From: an uncultured virus (IMG/VR IMGVR_UViG_3300036719_002413)
Taxonomy: Duplodnaviria > Heunggongvirae > Uroviricota > Caudoviricetes
Length of the DNA stretch: 20,000 nt
Reading direction: 5' to 3' (one strand)
IMG/VR virus record: IMGVR_UViG_3300036719_002413
A model generated the notes under the pieces. It made no database searches and was not told where the DNA came from. It worked only from the letters and a program-made list of their open reading frames with translations. Of this stretch, positions 9,802-17,105 are shown one piece after another. Each line of letters starts with the position of its first letter. Position 1 is the stretch's first letter. A program made the translations under genes and the position numbers.

Positions 9802-10767
9802 TTAATTATTAATCTCATTAACTACAATAGGATCTGAAGCCTCATCACCCCAGGCTGTAACAATTAAGTAACCACCTTTAACTGGTTTTAATACAACAGG
9901 ATCTGGTACTTCTCTCATACCTTCTTTTAACATCCTGTCAAGATAACTAACATTAGTCATATCCATATCTGAAACTGGTGCACATATCATTAATTGTTGA
10001 GAATTACGATTTAAAGCTTGTGATATATCAGTAGGCTTAACACTATAATCTATATCTTTTAATTGAAAACACCTACCCCAACCTTCTATATTACTTCTAA
10101 ATCTACCGTGTGCACCTTCTTTTCCTATAAAAGAAAAATCTATATCCTTTAATTCTGTTTTTAATGAAGATAAATCTTTATTAATTTGTATATTATGTTT
10201 ACTAAAATCATCAAAGTCTATTAAACTCCAATCATTAAGTATAACATAAAATTTACCTAACTTAGGGCTTGTATCATCTTGAGGAAGTAATTTAAACTTT
10301 TCTATACTTCTTAAATTAGTTTCAGGTACAAAACCTTTGTAACGAGAAATATTACCACAAACTAAATTATATTTTTCACAAATAATTTTAACTTGATCTT
10401 CGGTAATAAACTTATTTAAAGGATACTTTCTTTTATAAGACATTATAAGATCAGCTTGTGTTTTACTAATTTCTGCCTTTTGTATTAAAGGTCTAATACT
10501 TCTAACTTCAGAAGATAATTTAAAACCTAAAGCTTCCAACCTTTTAACTTTATCAACATTCTTACTATCAGCTTCTTGAATAATATTATTTACTTCCTCT
10601 AATAGTTTATCAGAAGCTACCTCAAATTCATGATGAATCATCTCTATATCACTAGAGTATCTTTGTGTTGATGCGGGTCTTGGTGCTGGAGGTTCTTCAG
10701 CTATTAACACGTTAAATTTTGCTGGTGTTTTACCAAGATTTTTAAGTAATTTTAATGCAGTTATCAT
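9802..10767 (-). CDS. Hypothetical phage protein
   Basis: 321-aa ORF with C-terminal DPVVLKPVKGGYLIVTAWGDEASDP; function unknown. Confidence 0.85.
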   Translation of the reverse strand: MITALKLLKNLGKTPAKFNVLIAEEPPAPRPASTQRYSSDIEMIHHEFEVASDKLLEEVNNIIQEADSKNVDKVKRLEALGFKLSSEVRSIRPLIQKAEISKTQADLIMSYKRKYPLNKFITEDQVKIICEKYNLVCGNISRYKGFVPETNLRSIEKFKLLPQDDTSPKLGKFYVILNDWSLIDFDDFSKHNIQINKDLSSLKTELKDIDFSFIGKEGAHGRFRSNIEGWGRCFQLKDIDYSVKPTDISQALNRNSQQLMICAPVSDMDMTNVSYLDRMLKEGMREVPDPVVLKPVKGGYLIVTAWGDEASDPIVVNEINN

Positions 10768-11009
10768 GTTAAATATTCTAGTTTATAAGTACTGTTATTT
10801 GTTTTGAATATACCATTTTCATCTGGTAATGATATTACAGTAGAAGAAAGGAAATAACCTCCACCATACTTAGATATTAATCGATATCTATCTCCTATTT
10901 TAGGAGGATTTACTTCATATCCTATCTTCTCATACCCCTCATTAACACCATTAGGATGATTACCACCAAATTTATTATCTACTAGTTTTACTACTCTTAC
11001 CTTTTTCAT
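10764..11009 (-). CDS. Small hypothetical protein
   Basis: 81-aa ORF; stop overlaps the next start (ATGA). Confidence 0.7.
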   Translation of the reverse strand: MKKVRVVKLVDNKFGGNHPNGVNEGYEKIGYEVNPPKIGDRYRLISKYGGGYFLSSTVISLPDENGIFKTNNSTYKLEYLT

Positions 11010-11223
11010 TCTTTATTTCTCTTTTTATTTGGTTTATAGTATCGATCTTCTTGTTTACAATGTCTGCTAAAGCTAAAAGTCTTAAACTTTTTACATTACA
11101 TTTACTAACATTACCATCGCAAGACTCATTACCTCCTAAAGAACATGATGGACATTCACAACTACTACCTGATATGTATTCACCATTACCATGACCATCG
11201 TCATAGAATCTACATTTACTCAT
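10975..11223 (-). CDS. Small Cys-rich hypothetical protein
   Basis: 82 aa with six Cys (CECPSC, SCDG, KC). Confidence 0.65.
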   Translation of the reverse strand: MSKCRFYDDGHGNGEYISGSSCECPSCSLGGNESCDGNVSKCNVKSLRLLALADIVNKKIDTINQIKREIKNEKGKSSKTSR

Positions 11224-11232
11224 GATTTCTTA

Positions 11233-12147
11233 TTAGAATATATTTAATTGTTTAACTAAATCTGAATCATAATCATCACCTGGTTTAATATCTTTGTAAC
11301 TATTAGTACAGTAAATACCATTAAAATACTTTGAAAGAGTTTCAAATCCCTTAGAAAATATACCATGAGTTACTATGAGATAAATTTTAGATTTACATCC
11401 TCTATCTTTAAAAGCTTTAGTAATATTAATAAATGTTGCTCCCCCATCACAAATATCATCTATAATAATAATATCTTGTTTGTTTATTGAATCTTTTAAT
11501 AATCCAGGAATTTCAACTTTATTTAATTTACCTTGTTCATCACGAGATTTACTACAAGTAATAATTTCTCCTTTATAACCTATTTTTTCAGCTATTTTGT
11601 AGATTTTCTTACTTGCTCCAGCGTCAGGAGATACTAGAATATGTCGATGTTCTAATCTTTTTAAAGTAGAATAATTTCCATATAAAGAATCTAAAGCAAA
11701 AGTAACTAAACGTCCATTATTTTCCTTCTTAAAGTTATTTAAGCAAGCTTCTAATACATCAGAATGAGGATCTAATACAGTAACAGAATCAAATTCAAGA
11801 CTATTAATAATAGGACAGATAATATCTTTAAGATAATTATTACTACCACTTTCAAACTGTCTATCTGATCTAGCACCTAAAAAATATGGTGTATAAAGAT
11901 GAATTTCTTTAACACCTAAGTTTCTAAGTGATTTAGTAGCGCAGATAATGAGTTCAAGATCTGTAAAGGTATTTAAACGTGCTTTGATTTGAATAGAAAA
12001 TTTTGATATATGTCTATCTAAACTTTCATCAGTTTTTCCATCAAACCATATTCTATTAATAACAACCTGTTGTTGACCATCAGGGAATTTATCTACCCTG
12101 TATTTTATATCTGATTTCTCAGGATATGCTAAGTTTAGTGTTTTCAT
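11233..12147 (-). CDS. Ribose-phosphate pyrophosphokinase-family enzyme (Prs, or NARP1 Adps)
   Basis: FPDGQ, PYFLGARSDR, LDPHS, SPDAGA, KSRD, IIDDICDGGATF, VTHGIFS, TNS. Confidence 0.92.
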   Translation of the reverse strand: MKTLNLAYPEKSDIKYRVDKFPDGQQQVVINRIWFDGKTDESLDRHISKFSIQIKARLNTFTDLELIICATKSLRNLGVKEIHLYTPYFLGARSDRQFESGSNNYLKDIICPIINSLEFDSVTVLDPHSDVLEACLNNFKKENNGRLVTFALDSLYGNYSTLKRLEHRHILVSPDAGASKKIYKIAEKIGYKGEIITCSKSRDEQGKLNKVEIPGLLKDSINKQDIIIIDDICDGGATFINITKAFKDRGCKSKIYLIVTHGIFSKGFETLSKYFNGIYCTNSYKDIKPGDDYDSDLVKQLNIF

Positions 12148-12282
12148 TAGTTATAAGTTTAATTATAATAGTACTCAGGGAGAGGATCGAACTCTCAAGG
12201 ATTACTCCACAGGATTTTCTTACCACTATAGTTTTCACTACCTTTATAGTTTGTGGTCTGGACTATACCTTCACCTTTGATT

Positions 12283-12870
12283 TTATTCTTTAGGTGTTCC
12301 GTGTCTAGTCTCTACACCTTCTGTATTATTACAGCTTGGCTCGGTATTAGCAGTAAAGCTTTCACCGAATTTACGGAATTCTACATCTCGCTTTTCAGCA
12401 AGTGCACTCAATTTGTTTTTTCCCTTATGCGTATCAGTTAAAGCATGACAATTTGGACATAAAATTAATAAATTTGAAAGTTCGTGATTTAAATTATCTC
12501 CATCTTTATGGTGTAATTCTAATGGAATTTTTACACCTAACCATTCTGTAGATAAGCAATTTTCACAAATTTCTTTTTTTATACCCTCTTTGAATAACCT
12601 AAGTTTTAATTTATAAATAGAAAGATAATTAGAATTTTTAACTAGAATTTCTTCTAATGCTTGCGCCTTTTTAGGTACAAATTTTAATCCAACATTCCAT
12701 CCCTTACCCGTAAAATGTGAGGTATTTATTTCTAATAACTTAAGTTTATACTTTAAAGTTTTAAAATTACCGCCAGAGGGTCTTATAGAAAGACTTCTAC
12801 AAACACCTGCTAATGATAAATTAATACGTACAGCTTCTTCTAATTGTTCTTTTGTAAATTTGTATCTCAT
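12283..12870 (-). CDS. Intron-encoded HNH homing endonuclease
   Basis: CENC...LELHHKDGDNLNHELSNLLILCPNCH (HNH plus Zn-binding Cys pairs). ATG at 12870 (MRYKFTKEQL) is preferred over the track's TTG at 12951 because it lies downstream of the internal promoter. Confidence 0.88.
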   Translation of the reverse strand: MRYKFTKEQLEEAVRINLSLAGVCRSLSIRPSGGNFKTLKYKLKLLEINTSHFTGKGWNVGLKFVPKKAQALEEILVKNSNYLSIYKLKLRLFKEGIKKEICENCLSTEWLGVKIPLELHHKDGDNLNHELSNLLILCPNCHALTDTHKGKNKLSALAEKRDVEFRKFGESFTANTEPSCNNTEGVETRHGTPKE

Positions 12871-12886
12871 ATGTAAAAAGTTTACA

Positions 12887-12918
12887 CAAAAATACAAAAA
12901 TATTTCACGATTACCAAA
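12887..12918 (-). promoter_or_regulatory. Bacteroidota-type housekeeping sigma promoter inside the intron, upstream of the HNH gene
   Basis: TTTG (12918-12915), 20-nt spacer, TATTTTTG (12894-12887), matching the -33/-7 consensus TTTG-N19-21-TAnnTTTG; 16 nt before the ATG. Confidence 0.7.
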
Positions 12919-13076
12919 CATATTAGAAAATAAATGTATACTGATACTCAATAAGTTAGTTATAAGTCCTGCGTGTCTACCTATTTCACCACCTGAGCAT
13001 TAATAACAGGCTTAACCTACCTGTCATGAGTACCTATTTAAGCTATTAAGAGCAGTACAAGTGTATACACATATGA

Positions 13077-13472
13077 TTAATTCTCTACATCTTCAGCAAT
13101 CTCCTCCTTAATTGATGCTGCGATTTCTGAGCTAATACTCTGCTCTACAGTATCAAGGAGTGTGTTTACTTTCTGAACTTCAGGATTATTTTTAATAATC
13201 TCTTCCATTTCTGTTCTGATTTTCAGGGCAAAGATAATACGTTTTTCCCAATAAGTTTTACCCTTATTAGGAGTACCATCTTCATTATTTTTATAACCAC
13301 GAACTTTAGCTAAAGCTTTACGCAATTCATCTGAAGACATATCACCCAGTTTAGCTACTAGGATTTTAGTTGGATCTTCAGGGCTTTTTCCAATTTGGAA
13401 TTGCTCGTTTAACGTACGACGTGCAACCTTTAAGATTGCTTGTTCTTTTACAGAATACAATGTTTTGTTCAT
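13077..13472 (-). CDS. Hypothetical protein
   Basis: 131-aa ORF with acidic C-terminus. Confidence 0.75.
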   Translation of the reverse strand: MNKTLYSVKEQAILKVARRTLNEQFQIGKSPEDPTKILVAKLGDMSSDELRKALAKVRGYKNNEDGTPNKGKTYWEKRIIFALKIRTEMEEIIKNNPEVQKVNTLLDTVEQSISSEIAASIKEEIAEDVEN

Positions 13473-13484
13473 AATTGATATTAG

Positions 13485-13769
13485 TTAGTTTTTGATTTGT
13501 TTTTCAATTTCTTCGAGTTTATTATTTACTTCTTCCCATTGAGATTTCACTCTTATGGAATGAGTATATCTGAGATGTTCAGGTTTATAAGTATCCAAAC
13601 TCTCAAGTTGTTTGTAGAACCACATCCATGATTCTAGGTTTTGCTTCTTCTTAATAAGTTCACCTCGTAAAGAGTATAACTTATATTCTTCCTTTGTAAG
13701 CTTCTTTCTAATAGTTACCTTGATTTTAGGTACTTCAACTCTACTAGGATAGTGGCTTTTTTGTTCCAT
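13485..13769 (-). CDS. Hypothetical protein
   Basis: 94-aa ORF, coiled-coil-like. Confidence 0.7.
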   Translation of the reverse strand: MEQKSHYPSRVEVPKIKVTIRKKLTKEEYKLYSLRGELIKKKQNLESWMWFYKQLESLDTYKPEHLRYTHSIRVKSQWEEVNNKLEEIEKQIKN

Positions 13770-14094
13770 ATATTGTATCTGGATTAATGTAAGTATTCAA
13801 ATCATCTACTTCTTCCTCTTCATTAAGAGGACTTATTAGTCTTGGGTAAGGAATAATTCTTTCTTCCTCTAGATTATCTAGATTGGCTAAATTTTCCTTA
13901 TTAGGTAATACCTTGATTACCATACCAGCAAATTCATATGATATTAGCATAATAATGAATAATATCATATAAACGATTGTTGCTATTACAGTTAATATCA
14001 AATGTACTTCTAATACTCTTAGTGAAAAAAATATTGAAGATGATGATATTAAAAATATTATTGATGTAATCTGTATTTTATTGTTTCTTGTCAT
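13744..14094 (-). CDS. Hypothetical membrane protein
   Basis: Two N-terminal hydrophobic segments; TTAAAACC leader before the ATG. Confidence 0.7.
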   Translation of the reverse strand: MTRNNKIQITSIIFLISSSSIFFSLRVLEVHLILTVIATIVYMILFIIMLISYEFAGMVIKVLPNKENLANLDNLEEERIIPYPRLISPLNEEEEVDDLNTYINPDTIYGTKKPLS

Positions 14095-14103
14095 GGTTTT
14101 AAT

Positions 14104-14208
14104 AAATAGCGGCGGGGGATAATTTGATACCGTTACATGGGCTATCTACGGTATAAGCACTCATACCCAAAGCTGTTTTCTTCAAACTCTCCATCCCCCC
14201 CGCTATTT
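14104..14208 (-). ncRNA. Unclassified structured RNA candidate
   Basis: GC-rich terminal stem AAATAGCGG-GGGGGAT / ATCCCCC-G-CCGCTATTT enclosing an ATACCGT/ACGGTAT hairpin, in an intergenic gap. Strand inferred from context. Confidence 0.5.
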
Positions 14209-14219
14209 TTATAAATGTG

Positions 14220-14456
14220 TCAGACTTTAACGAGTAACACATTTTTCAATGGTTTACTCTCTTTTTTGTATTTCTTGAGTAGGAACCTTTCCTCCTCAAT
14301 TTTACCAAATCTCTCACCATGAGAGAATAGTTTTCTGGGTACACATTTAGTGCGATTACCCATTAATTTACCATCTTCTCTTTTGTCGTCAGAGATCAAC
14401 GTGGGAAAACGACCAGGCTCCGCCTGTATTTTACCAACTTTAGTGTCAATTATCAT
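14220..14456 (-). CDS. Small basic hypothetical protein
   Basis: 78-aa ORF. Confidence 0.55.
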   Translation of the reverse strand: MIIDTKVGKIQAEPGRFPTLISDDKREDGKLMGNRTKCVPRKLFSHGERFGKIEEERFLLKKYKKESKPLKNVLLVKV

Positions 14457-14568
14457 CTTGTAGATGTTCAGTTTGAGGGAAATCTATAGGTCTTCCCTCT
14501 GACCCAATTTTTTCATCATTTATTACTTTCAGAGCTAATCTGAGTAGTAATAAAATCTTATTAAACAT
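14446..14568 (-). CDS. 40-aa small protein (not in ORF track)
   Basis: MFNKILLLLRLALKVINDEKIGSEGRPIDFPQTEHLQDDN; its end overlaps the start of the next ORF. Confidence 0.4.
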   Translation of the reverse strand: MFNKILLLLRLALKVINDEKIGSEGRPIDFPQTEHLQDDN

Positions 14569-14611
14569 GTACGTAGCACATATAAATAAGATTATTAACA
14601 ATATGGTTGTA

Positions 14612-15145
14612 TTATCGTCCATTATAAATAAGTTTATTTAATCTATTAAATTCGTTTACAATAGATTTAGTATCAAATATATAAACCCAAATCATATTAC
14701 CTGAATTTGGATTTTTTATTGATGCTGATTTTTTACTATTTTTAGATAGTCTAACAAAACTATTTAAAATTTTAATTAAACCAGCGTCACATCTATTAGA
14801 TAATGAAGCTAATGTAAATGCTACATTTTTTGTTGTTTCTTGTTCATCAATAGCAAAATCAAAATCAGTAGATAATAAACTATGCAACATAAGATATCTT
14901 ATAACTAACCCAGAATCTTTTTTAGATAATTTTATCCTACCTTTAGATATATAACTATAAATATTACCTAATTCATATGCTAATTCTATTCCACAAGACA
15001 TACCAGTTTTTTCTACATAATGTTCATCACTAAGATAATCTATCATGTTTTCCATTACTTTAATTAACCTGTTAGATTTAGCTTTAGGAGATATTTTAGA
15101 AGCTATTTTTATAGTAGGTTTCTTTTTAATTTGTAGTGCTCTCAT
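14612..15145 (-). CDS. Hypothetical protein
   Basis: 177-aa ORF with A-rich leader TTAAAAACAAATTATG. Confidence 0.75.
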   Translation of the reverse strand: MRALQIKKKPTIKIASKISPKAKSNRLIKVMENMIDYLSDEHYVEKTGMSCGIELAYELGNIYSYISKGRIKLSKKDSGLVIRYLMLHSLLSTDFDFAIDEQETTKNVAFTLASLSNRCDAGLIKILNSFVRLSKNSKKSASIKNPNSGNMIWVYIFDTKSIVNEFNRLNKLIYNGR

Positions 15146-15168
15146 AATTTGTTTTTAATTAGTATTAG

Positions 15169-15245
15169 CGGTTAGGGGTAGACTCGAACTACCGAGAGAT
15201 AAGCCACTACTTATTCCCAATACCAACTCATGGGTTTCCTAACCG
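15169..15245 (-). ncRNA. Atypical tRNA-like RNA
   Basis: CGGTTAGG/CCTAACCG acceptor-like stem; perfect T arm GGTAG-TTCGAGT-CTACC; CCCA/TGGG D-like arm; ATAAG-TAGTGG-CTTAT arm with a non-canonical 6-nt loop. Confidence 0.65.
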
Positions 15246-15251
15246 ATGTAG

Positions 15252-15325
15252 TCTTCCCAACAGGAGTCGAACCTGTGACCATCTGCTTAGAAGGCAGATG
15301 CTCTATCCAGCTGAGCTATGGGAAG
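15252..15325 (-). tRNA. tRNA-Arg(UCU)
   Basis: CTTCCCA/TGGGAAG acceptor, GCTC/GAGC D arm, TCTGC-CTTCTAA-GCAGA anticodon arm, ACAGG-TTCGACT-CCTGT T arm. Confidence 0.95.
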
Positions 15326-15331
15326 GTATTA

Positions 15332-15541
15332 TTAATTAATTATTTTAATAATTGGTTTTGTATAATATCTACAAATATAATCTTGTGCTTGTTTCACAGA
15401 TTTAAAAGTAATATCATAATAAGTTTCTCCCAACTCATCACAAAATGAAGTTCTTTCATTACGCCACCAGAATAAGAATTTATATTGTACTTTATAAACA
15501 ATATTTCCACATTTCTCTTCTGAAATTATTCTTGTTTTCAT
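15332..15541 (-). CDS. Small hypothetical phage protein
   Basis: 69 aa with YKVQYKFLFWW motif. Confidence 0.7.
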   Translation of the reverse strand: MKTRIISEEKCGNIVYKVQYKFLFWWRNERTSFCDELGETYYDITFKSVKQAQDYICRYYTKPIIKIIN

Positions 15542-15550
15542 ATAAATATA

Positions 15551-15718
15551 TTATTTATTTGGATTTTGATAAATAAGTATAACAACGCTTAAAACTAATA
15601 AACTAATTAGTATTTTGAATGTTAAATATCCTATTTCTGTATCTGTTAACCAAATGCAGTTTATTATTATTAATCCTACTAGAATAATAATAATGTTGTA
15701 AATGATTTTATCTTTCAT
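15551..15718 (-). CDS. 55-aa two-TM membrane protein (not in ORF track)
   Basis: MKDKIIYNIIIILVGLIIINCIWLTDTEIGYLTFKILISLLVLSVVILIYQNPNK fills the gap. Confidence 0.55.
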   Translation of the reverse strand: MKDKIIYNIIIILVGLIIINCIWLTDTEIGYLTFKILISLLVLSVVILIYQNPNK

Positions 15719-15761
15719 ATCAATATTACGTTAGTCATGATTTTAAATTTTAAATGTTTAG

Positions 15762-15836
15762 TAGATCTGAAAGGAATCGAACCTTTATCCTAGGCTTACT
15801 AGAGTCCCCCTGCTCTACCAATTGAGCTACAGATCT
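15762..15836 (-). tRNA. tRNA with aberrant anticodon arm (possible CUA anticodon, or pseudo-tRNA)
   Basis: Perfect AGATCTG/CAGATCT acceptor, GCTC-AATTGGTA-GAGC D arm and AAAGG-TTCGATT-CCTTT T arm. The middle AGGGGGACTCTAGTAAGCCTAGGAT is 2 nt too long and pairs poorly. Confidence 0.7.
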
Positions 15837-15841
15837 ATTTG

Positions 15842-16172
15842 TGGACCCGGTGGAAGTCGAATCCACGTCCTAGTTAAATTTATAAGATTACGATATACAT
15901 GTTTAGTTGATTACAACCATTTGGGGTCTTAACTCATGACAAGAGATAAGGCCGCTCCACCAGTGTATTTTTAAGTTATACACAAACTAGAAATTATACC
16001 AGAACTTCTACTGGTTCAGCGATATTAGCTTCAATATGAGCCATTACATCGTTGAAGGTGGTGTTTGAAAGATTGTTGTCATTTCAAGTATAACGATCTG
16101 TTTTAGGTGAGTATCATCAAATCACCACATGCGTACTCTTACAATATTTACTAGTCGATACCTGGCGGGCCC
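15842..16172 (-). ncRNA. ssrA: tmRNA
   Basis: 5' GGGCCCG...TCGAC and 3' GGAC-GTGGA-TTCGACT-TCCAC-CGGGTCC-A, with G3-U70 alanine identity and a long helix 2 (CTAG...TAAG / CTTA...CTAG). Length 331 nt. Internal ORF after AAAT: DNNLSNTTFNDVMAHIEANIAEPVEVLV* (16080-15994). Confidence 0.93.
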
Positions 16173-16194
16173 AAATAATTAGCACAATTCCCAA

Positions 16195-16386
16195 CTAATT
16201 AACAGTTGAGAACTGTGCTTTATTGTTATTATTCCTTGTTTTTTTAGCTTTCTCACCATCAGATCTGTGTGTAGGATCTGAAGGTTTACGATAGCCTTCA
16301 CTTTGTCTACCCCAATCAGGGGTAATACAACTATTCATGACCATAACACTCATAGTCATAACGAACACTTTTAATATCTTGTTCAT
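16195..16386 (-). CDS. Small putative lipoprotein
   Basis: MNKILKVFVMTMSVMVMNSC lipobox-like signal; ATG at 16386 preferred over the track's 16431. Confidence 0.55.
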   Translation of the reverse strand: MNKILKVFVMTMSVMVMNSCITPDWGRQSEGYRKPSDPTHRSDGEKAKKTRNNNNKAQFSTVN

Positions 16387-16546
16387 TTTCCCTCCTTTGT
16401 TTTTTAACAATTTCAGCAATGTTAACAACACCGTACATAAAAAATATAACGCCTATTGGTAAGGCAAGTACATTGTTAGGTACGAAATATCCTAATACAG
16501 GTAATGCTATGATTACCATTAGGACTACTAATAAGTTTTTTTTCAT
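16331..16546 (-). CDS. Small two-TM membrane protein
   Basis: 71 aa with two hydrophobic helices; TTAAAA leader. Confidence 0.7.
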   Translation of the reverse strand: MKKNLLVVLMVIIALPVLGYFVPNNVLALPIGVIFFMYGVVNIAEIVKKQRRENEQDIKSVRYDYECYGHE

Positions 16547-17105
16547 TTGACTTGAGTTTTAATAAAGGGTAGACATTCGGGATTCATATATCAGTGAATT
16601 TATGTATGCCTACCCTTTAAATTAAATTATGTTTCAACTTGTTGTATGAGAACCAATTAACTCATACTTTAAACTCTCCAAACTTACTTGTTGAGTTATA
16701 AAGAACATTATGGTTTTTACACGGAATTTATGTCTATTTATCTATAGTTTAAGTTACCTATTAACATGTAATAAGTAATCTCATGTACGGGCTACGCTCC
16801 GTGCGTTACCTATCCACCTTAAACCGACTATCGCGTGTATAATTACGGTTAAATGAGTAATGTTGTGTATGTCTTAGGTAAATTAATACTAGATGTACCA
16901 TAAACAACACACAATATCCTAAGTTAATCATCATAGTTATATGGTGTTAAACAGTTCATAATAGAGATAGCTTAAAGGACTATCTATGAGGACTAATACT
17001 CTAAGAGTACTAGAACACCTTTTGTTCTCATTACGTATTTCTCACAGCCTAATTACGCTTTTACAAGACGCCACAAGCGCCTTAATTAGGATTATGAGTG
17101 TGAGT

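Larger units (their letters stand above)
12219..12963 (-). mobile_element. Group I intron (IC3/trnL-like) inserted after U34 of the anticodon, containing an HNH ORF
   Basis: 5' exon ends in U and the intron ends in G. P AAATTCGGTGAA (12361-12372), Q AATACCGAGC (12339-12348), R GTAGAGACTAGACA (12302-12315), S AAGGTATAGTCC (12260-12271). P3 TTCCGT/ACGGAA, P7 GACTA/TAGTC, P8 CACCT/AGGTG. IGS GAGT pairs with exon ACTT. Confidence 0.9.
12172..12998 (-). tRNA. trnL: tRNA-Leu(UAA) split by an intron (5' exon 12964-12998, 3' exon 12172-12218)
   Basis: Joined exons give GCTCAGG-TG-GTGAAATAGGTAGACAC-G-CAGGA-CTT|AAAA-TCCTG, a long variable arm, GAGAG-TTCGATC-CTCTC and CCTGAGT-A: a complete class II tRNA with UAA anticodon. 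Confidence 0.92.

Noticed and set aside
12253..12441. Plus-strand 62-aa ORF
   Set aside because: Antisense to the group I intron core and HNH gene.
15230..15448. Plus-strand 72-aa ORF
   Set aside because: Antisense translation of tRNA-Arg (PTGVEPVT is a typical tRNA shadow) and the neighbouring gene.
16195..16546. Spanin pair (membrane protein overlapping a lipoprotein)
   Set aside because: The proteins are very short, the first has two TM helices and no long periplasmic coiled coil, and no lysis genes are nearby.
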